Of a stretch of 64,000 bases of DNA, positions 8,801 to 16,780 are shown in pieces. Within the stretch, counting starts at the first letter, position 1. Every line of letters starts with the position of its first letter. The notes under the pieces are model-generated. The model was not told the DNA's origin, made no database searches, and was given only the letters and a program-made list of their open reading frames with translations. The translations under genes were made by a program, and so were the position numbers. This DNA comes from Prevotella sp. (GTDB lineage Bacteria; Bacteroidota; Bacteroidia; Bacteroidales; Dysgonomonadaceae): positions 1 to 64,000 of the forward strand of contig JAITVV010000084.1 of assembly GCA_031285625.1 (NCBI GenBank), written 5' to 3'.

Positions 8801-10369
8801 ATAGACTGTCGTTCTGGCAGGGTCTGTATCCCTCCATTGTGTAACTCCGGTTTGTGTTGCAGATGGTGCATTCAAACCATCCCATGCAATTGAATAGCTT
8901 TTATTATAATCAGGGAGAGTCATTCCCTGAACCAATGTCAATGAATTAGGGTCATCGGCCCTCAGCCACATTTTCAGACCGATAGGCACACCACCGGGAC
9001 CTACTTTCATACCTGCAAACCTAACATACTTGTAGGTATCAGTTATTTCCACATCATGAAAATAACCATCGCTACCCACAGGATAGGCTTTAGTTGTCGA
9101 CGGATCAAAATCGGATGTAGTAGATACAAAACAATATGAAAAACCACTCGCTGAAAAATTCACTTTCATTGTTGTTGCATTTGTCAGCTGCGCTTTATAT
9201 TTAGCCCCTACTACATTCAAATCATTAGGGGCTATCAGTGGATCAATAAAAGTTCCTTCTGCATATACAGTACCTGTAGCGATTGTATGAGCTGTTTCGC
9301 TGGCACCATCTGAACCGAAAACGAGAAACTGTTTGTCGTTCAATTCATTTGTCGTAAAAGCCGGATTTTGGTCATTCAAGTCAGCAAGGTTACCTACAAA
9401 AACTATAATACCAGCATCTGAAACACTGCTACTTTGTACCTGATTAAGCATACTGGCATCATCACGCCCTATACCAAAAATATTTTTATCAAAGGCACTG
9501 TCCCTATTCCAAAGAGTGAGAAGCGATGAGCCATCTGTATCATAAAGCTCATAGTTATCGTTATTATCCAGATGAATTCCGTATTTTATAGCAAGATAAG
9601 TATGGATTTTACGTAGGTCGGCAGCATCAATATGGTTATTTGTACCTCCGGTTGCATTCAGTATTATTATCTCCTGAACATTACCTTCAAAACCGTAACC
9701 GGACGAAGCACTACTACCGTTTGCTCCAATTGTCCATTTAGAACTAATACCACTGGAACTCAGATAGCCACCTGTAGTTGATTGACTAAGACCATCTACA
9801 TATCCCAGCACTGTTGCAGAAGAGGAATTATTAGCAATACTGACGGCAACTATTCCTTTTCCCTGGGTACTTGCAACAGTACTCCTACTGGTACCCGGCC
9901 AATATAACCTCAAATCATTATTGTCATTTTCATAAAATACAAGGTCACAGTCTGCATTACCATCATTAAATGAAAACAGGTAATCATAACGTTGATCGTC
10001 CTCTCTTTCATATACTATAATTGCTGTTACATTATCACCTCGGCTTAAACTCATCGTATTAGCACTTACCAGCCTGTTAAAGGCATTTGTATTATCTTCT
10101 TTGGCAAAATATGCAGACTGATGATAATTGAATCCTTTTACTTTATTGGGTGCAGCGTGATTAGTTACGCTCGATTCAAAAAAACTACCAGCAGAAAGAG
10201 CTCCTGTGATATTATTAACCCAGGTACCGTTGCTATAGTTATTGGGTGTTAGCCAGGCCCTATAGTTGGCAGTTACCCCACCCGGACTTGGTTGAGCCTG
10301 AGCCTGTATGGGTAAGACGAGGGATAGGAATATCACCCCCAATATTAATTTTAAATATTTAGTATTCAT
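5804..10369 (-). CDS. Large secreted beta-rich protein with two LamG-like repeat modules and a DUF11-like Ig domain (putative surface protein or adhesin)
   Basis: Signal peptide; two copies of PGGV...WL...G.(V/I).E(I/V).....Y(L/Y)A.KYG..L...RDD...LN..QS; KQV...VEYSFYI.N....V.FSDILP. Confidence 0.75.
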   Translation of the reverse strand: MNTKYLKLILGVIFLSLVLPIQAQAQPSPGGVTANYRAWLTPNNYSNGTWVNNITGALSAGSFFESSVTNHAAPNKVKGFNYHQSAYFAKEDNTNAFNRLVSANTMSLSRGDNVTAIIVYEREDDQRYDYLFSFNDGNADCDLVFYENDNNDLRLYWPGTSRSTVASTQGKGIVAVSIANNSSSATVLGYVDGLSQSTTGGYLSSSGISSKWTIGANGSSASSGYGFEGNVQEIIILNATGGTNNHIDAADLRKIHTYLAIKYGIHLDNNDNYELYDTDGSSLLTLWNRDSAFDKNIFGIGRDDASMLNQVQSSSVSDAGIIVFVGNLADLNDQNPAFTTNELNDKQFLVFGSDGASETAHTIATGTVYAEGTFIDPLIAPNDLNVVGAKYKAQLTNATTMKVNFSASGFSYCFVSTTSDFDPSTTKAYPVGSDGYFHDVEITDTYKYVRFAGMKVGPGGVPIGLKMWLRADDPNSLTLVQGMTLPDYNKSYSIAWDGLNAPSATQTGVTQWRDTDPARTTVYSKNNSNADIRTPVYIPIHYLMNYHPAIDFYTDWGTNSSSNRFSAFLSTTKGPMSTGKPVNSTTFMVMNSALRPSDGDNTYMISFHNPEVLTGYTQYLPTFGIQSRNGDGRPRLRTNVAVNIDAKLFNPGSTTISSYQFTNVGSTIPANNIVVGFNMAYGVYGSSVRAGTWYMNGNGSLGGSRYHTRSLRGLVSEVVMYEKALTDDERAMVNSYYALKYGLTLNPNSSDYSAPRFDYKLSNGTSLWPGLSSPVGSPYRYYHNIAAIIRDDIALLNNTQSHSTEVGSILHVGVAGESLNFDGSSKVGTFDNDREAVIWGDNHGKGTTVVADADICGDFESIFNRRWFLHKVSNNDRPISVLIGLQDNSTNNLGQEPSGDPATGDLYNVINKGNDFVMIIADDSTALIPGNPNYGNFKAVIPMNWLNGEPQCAYTLSAEGTYVTFGYKANSDGCAADEDAQFTGSKQFSWTQWTSNTNTSTATGLTLTVNTPVNLGDNIQVTETKVAYPTNVRANRRYPRSVNTPAKGSLRVQRRGGNINQDVVVTITFNHPVIPEFSISDLDCSSRSFEEVEIIGGCSNGNYVPTLSFAGKPNQARYKISGNRATVTKRGGVSASNKNGMVNVSFKGGVTSVTIKYRTTGRATSSTQEIYISPITLRPVPPPPTINEDGLSFGKQVKEREVTTCDPVEYSFYIGNVNCDPVTVNFSDILPEKMKWEIGSFGLDAISSDHNPAFDPQINPATSGNGEELKIDGLVVPGQTTLILRATALLDEDAPSAVYNNRGNIAYEIIESNATVQKSLYSEDRETKDPYTSFTAVWQQRQDEVVMNPTYSHAAYKSDDEIEVVYTVTNTNANITDMYLNVDFNEEFTYVPGSFAYTQTSGSSTPPVPVFMTQEAGDAPNTLIIAGASDGSGGFVLPTGVMQIKFKVKAPALADLVDELDDNDLPTGKKVDLDITYDFMSDMDDPCLQTAIRGLQGNKLIPYSAITHIITNKNVTTKISK

Positions 10370-10532
10370 AGGAATTTAAATTATAATAGGACTGAAAATA
10401 CTTTTAATCCTATAAATGATGTAATTAATTATTTTTCTACAAATACAATATTCATATAAATATCTATATTACAAAAACTTACATGTAATATAAATATTAG
10501 AAATAACACTATTAAAAGTTGAACTGTTAAAT

Positions 10533-11093
10533 TTATTTCAAACTTTTCCTAAAAATATATGCCCAAATTAATCCGGCTATTGCACCAGACAAATGTCCTT
10601 CCCATGAGATTCGGGTATCTCCCGGAAATATGCCCCATACAAGGCTGGAGTAGAGGATAAGAACAATGACAGAAACAATTATCAACTTGAAATTTTTACT
10701 AAAAAAACCGGCGAAAACAAGAAATGAAGCCAGTCCGTATATAACAGAACTGGCTCCTATATGCCATGAAGGACGTCCTATAATCCATGTAAGAAGCCCT
10801 GCCGTAATCCAAATAAGGCTGTATATAAGAAATACTTTCTTTTTGTAAAAGAAGAAAACCAAAGTGGTCAACACCACCATGGGTATAGAATTAGCTATTA
10901 AATGCTGAAAATCACCATGAATGAAAGGCGACGTAATGATACCTAAAAGCCCGTCAACAGAACGAGGAAAAACTCCTAATGAGTAAAACTCAAGCCCAAA
11001 AAGCCATTGTACTATATGAACTACCCAAAAGACAAGTACAATAGACAGGGCATACTCCAATGATTTTTTTATCTCTCTGACGGATTCTTTCAT
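10533..11093 (-). CDS. Rhomboid intramembrane serine protease
   Basis: Multi-TM; SPFIHGDFQHLIAN, HIGASS (catalytic Ser), SWEGHLSGAIAG (catalytic His). Confidence 0.9.
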   Translation of the reverse strand: MKESVREIKKSLEYALSIVLVFWVVHIVQWLFGLEFYSLGVFPRSVDGLLGIITSPFIHGDFQHLIANSIPMVVLTTLVFFFYKKKVFLIYSLIWITAGLLTWIIGRPSWHIGASSVIYGLASFLVFAGFFSKNFKLIIVSVIVLILYSSLVWGIFPGDTRISWEGHLSGAIAGLIWAYIFRKSLK

Positions 11094-12044
11094 CTAATAA
11101 TCGTCACCTGCCATTTGAGTCATTATTCCGTCAATATAATTGACATACTCATTCAGCTTTTCAGACTTCTTGAGTGAAGTATCTCTAACTAAAGGTAAAT
11201 CAATATCGACAACGGTATGTATTCTTCCCGGATTAGCGGCCATAATATATATGCGGTTACTCAAAAGAACAGCCTCGCTAATATCATGTGTCACGAATAT
11301 AACAGTAGGATCTAGTGTTGCACTGTTATATATATTCAGTAATATATGCTGCATGCTCGATCTGGTAGCAATGTCCAATGCTCCAAACGGCTCATCCATC
11401 AGAAGAATCTGAGGAGAAGCAATCAGACTACGTGCAATAGCTACACGTTGCAATTGACCTCCTGAAAGTAAAGGATATTTTGCCCACTTCTGTCCATGCC
11501 CTTCCAGACCAACAGTCTTAAGCATTTCGTTTGCCCTCTCATAACTTTCTTCTTTAGATACTCCACGCATCTTAAGAGGCAAAGCAATATTATCAAGAAC
11601 AGACATCCACGGAAAGGAAGAATATTGCTGAAAAACCATTGGAATGGTGTCTTTTTCAGTTTTCTCTTTTCCATATATCATTATCTTCCCGCTTGTGGGT
11701 TGCTGTAATCCGGATATATAGCGTAATAACGTAGATTTACCACAACCTGATTCACCTAATATAGATATAAATTGCCCCTGCCCCTTAAAGTCTTTAATAT
11801 CCATATTCAGATCTTCGAATAAAACAAAATCTGATTTCTTACCGGGATAGACCTGTCTTATATTTTGCAGGTTTATTACATCTGTTTCTTCATATATGTC
11901 GCTTGACGGAGATGCTGGTGTGGAAACAAAAACAGAAGTAGTCGCAATTTTTATTTCCTCCGGTTGAACTTGCTCTATATTATTATTCGTTTCCTCTTCG
12001 TTACTCTGATTAAATATATCTGATATTGAGTTTCTTTCTTCCAT
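11094..12044 (-). CDS. ABC ATPase, NitT/TauT (TauB/SsuB-like) family
   Basis: GESGCGKST, LSGGQ, ILLMDEPFGALD, VTHD; acidic low-complexity N-terminal extension of about 55 aa. Confidence 0.92.
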   Translation of the reverse strand: MEERNSISDIFNQSNEEETNNNIEQVQPEEIKIATTSVFVSTPASPSSDIYEETDVINLQNIRQVYPGKKSDFVLFEDLNMDIKDFKGQGQFISILGESGCGKSTLLRYISGLQQPTSGKIMIYGKEKTEKDTIPMVFQQYSSFPWMSVLDNIALPLKMRGVSKEESYERANEMLKTVGLEGHGQKWAKYPLLSGGQLQRVAIARSLIASPQILLMDEPFGALDIATRSSMQHILLNIYNSATLDPTVIFVTHDISEAVLLSNRIYIMAANPGRIHTVVDIDLPLVRDTSLKKSEKLNEYVNYIDGIMTQMAGDDY

Positions 12045-12051
12045 TTCTTCT

Positions 12052-12909
12052 TTATTTTGATGATTTAAAGAACAGACCTTTCAGTATACTATCTTTATTG
12101 TATTTTGACGGAAATAAAAGAATATCCAGATATTTGAACAAACGGTCTTGTAAAAAACCAATAAGTATAATCAAAAACAATAAAGCAAAAACTTCAGGAG
12201 TTCTGGACTGACGCCCTAATGTATAAATCATAGCTCCTATTCCACCTTCCTTATTCAACAACTCCGCTACAATGATATATGTCCACGATATAGCAGTGAT
12301 TACACGTATATCTTCAGAAATTTTCTCAGTTACATACGGGAAATAAACATGGCGAAATTTCTGCCAGTTTGTAGCGCCAAGAGTCTGTATTGTCTGCAAA
12401 TAGACATAGTCTTTACTATTTGACGGATTCTGTAATTCATTTATTCGTTGAACGATGATTGGCAACAGATAAATAAGGATACCAAAAGAAAGGAAGTATA
12501 CTTTCATATCAAAACCGATTCCAAACCAGGCTATAAAGATACCTGTAATAGCTGTTAAAGGAAGGAAACGGATAGCATCGATATACTGGCTGAATAAACT
12601 TTTGGCAATAGGGAACATACCTATAAGAAAGCCAAGCGGCAAGGCTAATACAATAGCTGTGATATATCCTAAAATATTGAGCTGTATAGAATACCATGTA
12701 TTTCCCGCTAAATCATAATCAGTAAAAAGCTCTCCATATGATGTAACAACCGCAAGTGGATTAGGTAAAATTTTGCTTGGAATAATATCTCCTGTCAGTG
12801 TAAGCAAATACCATACTACTAACAAAATAACTAACCCGACTAAAGCAATAATGGTGGAAGTAAGCTTATTTATACTTCCACCCATTTTAAATAATTCTTT
12901 TATATTCAT
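12052..12909 (-). CDS. ABC permease, NitT/TauT (TauC/SsuC-like) family
   Basis: ILPNP..V, EAA-like loop TIQTLGATNWQKFRHVYFP, W..IIVAELL...GGIG. Confidence 0.9.
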   Translation of the reverse strand: MNIKELFKMGGSINKLTSTIIALVGLVILLVVWYLLTLTGDIIPSKILPNPLAVVTSYGELFTDYDLAGNTWYSIQLNILGYITAIVLALPLGFLIGMFPIAKSLFSQYIDAIRFLPLTAITGIFIAWFGIGFDMKVYFLSFGILIYLLPIIVQRINELQNPSNSKDYVYLQTIQTLGATNWQKFRHVYFPYVTEKISEDIRVITAISWTYIIVAELLNKEGGIGAMIYTLGRQSRTPEVFALLFLIILIGFLQDRLFKYLDILLFPSKYNKDSILKGLFFKSSK

Positions 12910-12927
12910 GATTTGAATTACACGTTA

Positions 12928-14457
12928 TCAATCAGTAACAAGTTGAAAATCTGTAGTTCTGTAATTAATATCAGATCCCACTACTCCGTTATCTACAGCA
13001 TGCTTAGGTCCATTACCTACCACAATAAAACGGTTGCGATCAAACTGATATTCACGTACAAGATAATCTACGACAGATTGGGCACGTTGTTTTGACAAAG
13101 CCACATTTGAATTGTAGTTACCTGTATTATCCGTATTTCCTTCAACACGGATACGGGCTCCGCTAAATTGTTTTGCAATAGACACAAATTCCTGGTCGAT
13201 AAGACCTTTTGCATCATTAGATAATCCAGATTGAGCAACAGCAAAGTTGATTGTTAATTTCTTATTAGAGATTGCCTCTTTACGTTCAACCTCAGCAGAG
13301 GCTTTACTGAATGTTGCAGCAGCTTCAGCTGACTGATCTCCTTTTATATTACCTTGTTGTTCCAGTTTTTCTATAATCTTAGGATAAGAAACCCGCCTCC
13401 AGGCCATAGGCTTCTTAGTTAATTTCAAAGATTCATACACACGTGCCATTTTACTGTAAAGATCATCACCTTTAACACCTGTATAATTTGTATTCAGACC
13501 ATAAAAGTTAAGCTCATCCCCTAAAGTAGCAAAACGAATATTCTTCACACCTTCAATACAGAATGCTTCATCTGTACCAAAGCCTTTAGCAAAATATCCG
13601 GCAGCCTCTTTTACGGCAGATGGATCATCATTCATCTTAGAATTTGCATAAAGAATTGCGCTTACAATTTTTGCTACATCATCCTGATTTTTATCAAGGA
13701 AATCTTCTTTGGCTATCAAACCGTCACAAATAATGTTTGTTGCCTGTTTTGTACTAAGCAAAACTTTAGCACCTTTCACAGCTTCGACGCAATCGATATC
13801 ATCCGGCGACCATGTAACACAAGCATCTACCTGAAGAGCCTTAAACATCTGAGCTGCTTCAACTCCATTCTCGACTTTTACAAGTGTAATTTCATCCGGA
13901 TTGATTTCATTTGTCTCCAAAGTGTTGATTAACAAAGTGTGTGCTGCAGTTCCTTCTGCTACTGCTATTTTCTTACCTTTAAGGTCAGCAACTGTATTGA
14001 TAAATCTGTTCACAACAATTGCATCAGCACCACGAGACCAGTTCAACAACATGAAGTGACGTACATCTGTCATATCTCCACTCTCAGACATTTCTGTAGG
14101 CAAAGCATCTGCCGTACAGTATATCATATCGACTTCACCTTTCTTCAAACCGTTACGGCCGGCAATAAAATCATCCTGAATTACTATATTCAGCATAATT
14201 CCATATTCTTTTGCTATAACAGATTCTTCGTTTGGTTTTAATCCACCATTCAACCATATGATAGGAGTAAATCCGGCATAAGTATTTACACCAACTGTGT
14301 ATGTAGGCATTTTATTGCCAAACAATCCACCTTTTTTACCCGAATCCGAGCTACCGCCCATTATACCACTATCACGTAAATAAATGATAGCTCCAGCAAT
14401 TATTGCTACTACTAATACGGTTAAAGCAACTTTAACCCAAGGTCTAACATTACCCAT
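12928..14457 (-). CDS. Membrane-anchored NMT1/SsuA-like substrate-binding protein fused to a C-terminal OmpA-like peptidoglycan-binding domain
   Basis: N-terminal TM with no lipobox; WSRGADAIV..INTVADLKGKKIA..GT; IRVEGNTDNTG...N..LS.QRAQSV..YL OmpA-C motif. Confidence 0.88.
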   Translation of the reverse strand: MGNVRPWVKVALTVLVVAIIAGAIIYLRDSGIMGGSSDSGKKGGLFGNKMPTYTVGVNTYAGFTPIIWLNGGLKPNEESVIAKEYGIMLNIVIQDDFIAGRNGLKKGEVDMIYCTADALPTEMSESGDMTDVRHFMLLNWSRGADAIVVNRFINTVADLKGKKIAVAEGTAAHTLLINTLETNEINPDEITLVKVENGVEAAQMFKALQVDACVTWSPDDIDCVEAVKGAKVLLSTKQATNIICDGLIAKEDFLDKNQDDVAKIVSAILYANSKMNDDPSAVKEAAGYFAKGFGTDEAFCIEGVKNIRFATLGDELNFYGLNTNYTGVKGDDLYSKMARVYESLKLTKKPMAWRRVSYPKIIEKLEQQGNIKGDQSAEAAATFSKASAEVERKEAISNKKLTINFAVAQSGLSNDAKGLIDQEFVSIAKQFSGARIRVEGNTDNTGNYNSNVALSKQRAQSVVDYLVREYQFDRNRFIVVGNGPKHAVDNGVVGSDINYRTTDFQLVTD

Positions 14458-14491
14458 ATTTTAATGTATTTCAATTAAGTTAAACTTATTT

Positions 14492-15532
14492 TTATTTGTC
14501 GAAGTATTTCACATCAGAATCAGGATTCTGTGTCATACTTTTGCTCTCGATTGTTTTATATTCATTCGGTGAAAGATAAACAGTTTTTTTACTTTCATTT
14601 ATCTTTACATTATTTTCAAATGTCTTGAAAATACCTTCAATACCCAGTTCATTATACTTATCTATCAGCTCGCTACCTTTAAATGAAGCCACTTCATTAT
14701 CTGCCTCAAACTGGTCTATCAGACCTCCAGTGCTACTGATAACACGTTCCATTTCACCCAGTTTCATTTCAATATCGGTACGCATTGCTTCCAAAGCCTC
14801 ATTAAATAAGGCTAATTCATCAGGATCGCCTTCCATAACAGACATTACAGACTTGAATAGTTTATGTTGACTCTTAGCCATTTCATACTCTTCTTTCTGC
14901 ATATTCACCTCATTACGTGTGTCCAAAACAGTTAGCTTTGCCATCTGACTCAGTTTATCCAATGACTCATACCAACGTTTCGAATCCTTAAGTAATCCAA
15001 GAAGCTTATTAATATATTTTTCGAGACGTGCAATCTGGCGTTCATCAATTACCGCTGCATCTTTATTTCCTTTAGCACGATATACCTGTGCACGTTGGAG
15101 AAGCTTTTCCATCTCTTCCTTCTTCGAGTCAATAGATCCTTCAAGCTTGCGTATTTGCCCCAACAGACGTCCCATGCTTTCATTCATCTTTTGGATAGAT
15201 CTTTCCATCATGCCCAAACGACGTTCGATTATGGCTATAGGATCGATATTCACAAACCAGGAAGTTATTTTACGCATAAGGATAAAATATCCCACACTTA
15301 TAACTTGTCGGAATTTTTTATCGAAAAGTAAAAATATGATGAGCCCGATGATTAACAGCAAAATACCAAAATACAATGTATTTTCAGCGAGTTCAATCAG
15401 ATAAGGCAATATTTTGTATAAGAATATAAGAAACCCGACTCCAAGCCCTGCCAAGACCGCAAGACCTAATTTTCCACCGGGCTGCTCCCATAATTTCTTC
15501 TTTGGAGCCTGACTTCCATCTAATTGTAGCAT
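14492..15532 (-). CDS. Two-TM membrane protein with a long PspA/IM30-like coiled coil
   Basis: Two N-terminal TM helices, then DPIAIIERRLGMMERSI..M...LLQRAQVYRAKGNKDAA, resembling the PspA DP...L / A..G..DLA pattern. Confidence 0.65.
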   Translation of the reverse strand: MLQLDGSQAPKKKLWEQPGGKLGLAVLAGLGVGFLIFLYKILPYLIELAENTLYFGILLLIIGLIIFLLFDKKFRQVISVGYFILMRKITSWFVNIDPIAIIERRLGMMERSIQKMNESMGRLLGQIRKLEGSIDSKKEEMEKLLQRAQVYRAKGNKDAAVIDERQIARLEKYINKLLGLLKDSKRWYESLDKLSQMAKLTVLDTRNEVNMQKEEYEMAKSQHKLFKSVMSVMEGDPDELALFNEALEAMRTDIEMKLGEMERVISSTGGLIDQFEADNEVASFKGSELIDKYNELGIEGIFKTFENNVKINESKKTVYLSPNEYKTIESKSMTQNPDSDVKYFDK

Positions 15533-15535
15533 TTT

Positions 15536-16267
15536 CTAGTTCGTTTTAATTATAGTTTCTATTTTCACTTTATCTCCATTTAGTTGATTTACAATTTTAT
15601 CAACTGTTGCATTGAAATTAGCTTCACGTAAGGCATAGTCATTTTTTTTCTCAACTATTTCCATATTGGTCTCGGTAACAAAAGCAGTTAACTTTTGTAT
15701 TTCAGCTTTCATTTTTTCGATATTACCAATAGCCTTATTTATTTCAATTTCTTTCTTATCTACATTTTGCTTACGTAGATTATTAAGTTCGTTCAGTCCC
15801 TTCTTTCTTTCTTGCTCCATTAAATCAATATACTGATCTATGGTTTGACTGAGACTTTCTACAGTCAGAGAAGGAAATGTGGCTTTCAATGTAAGATAAG
15901 CCGTAGTGAAACGGATCGTTTCATCAGGCTGTATACCTTTCAATGAATCTACAGACCGTTTAAACTTCACATAGTCTATGCCATCAGCCATTTGCCGGCC
16001 TAGAACATCATTACACAGTTTATCCATCAACTCCTGATCAGCCTTGCCTGTTATTTGGGAGGGATCGAGGGGTTCCGTCATTGACAATTCTGATAGACCT
16101 GCCATATTTGGCATACTAGACACTGGAGATTTAGGCAAAGGAGGAGGCGTTGCCGGAGCATCTTTGCGCAAATTTGAAATTCTTTCAGGCTGTTTCGCCG
16201 GTTCTTCTTGCTCATTAGAACCTTCGTCAACGAAAATAAGTTTCTTCAGCCAATTGGATTTACTCAT
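15536..16267 (-). CDS. Hypothetical coiled-coil protein (amphipathic N-terminal peptide, Pro-rich linker)
   Basis: 243-aa ORF; WLKKLIFV N-terminus, PATPPPLPKSP linker, heptad-rich C-terminal half; 3 bp from the next gene. Confidence 0.75.
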   Translation of the reverse strand: MSKSNWLKKLIFVDEGSNEQEEPAKQPERISNLRKDAPATPPPLPKSPVSSMPNMAGLSELSMTEPLDPSQITGKADQELMDKLCNDVLGRQMADGIDYVKFKRSVDSLKGIQPDETIRFTTAYLTLKATFPSLTVESLSQTIDQYIDLMEQERKKGLNELNNLRKQNVDKKEIEINKAIGNIEKMKAEIQKLTAFVTETNMEIVEKKNDYALREANFNATVDKIVNQLNGDKVKIETIIKTN

Positions 16268-16780
16268 TCTTTATAACTGTATAATCAGTATGTTTATGAA
16301 TCAAAAGTATTAATCTCTATGTCGCACCAAGTGTAGCTTTATCTTGAGTCCTGTAAGCTTGTAACTCCTCTAGCTTTAAATAACAAGGAGGTTGTGTTTC
16401 TCAGTATGACAAAAAGAATGACCTAAACAGTCATGGTAGCAAAAATAATAAATATAATGCAATTATCTAAAAACTGCATAAAAATATTTCATATTCAAGC
16501 TATAAGTTATCTTTTACAAATACAGATTTTAACAAATCATTCATTAAATTGTCCTAAATGATAATTCATTCACCAAATTCTTAAATAGTTTTTTCATTCT
16601 AAATATATTCTTATTTTTGTATCAAGGGGCATTCCTTAAATCAAAGACAATTACAGGATAGCTAAGCCAGAACTACACCACAGCATTAATATATACTAAT
16701 CTGGCAGGAAATTGAATAATTTTCATCATCCAGTAATGTCAAATAAAGAAAAAAATAACGAAATTTGAGAATTCATATCT

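Noticed and set aside
16620-16780. Riboswitch in the HTCS leader
   Set aside because: Only a weak GCCAGA/TCTGGC pairing; no recognisable aptamer consensus.
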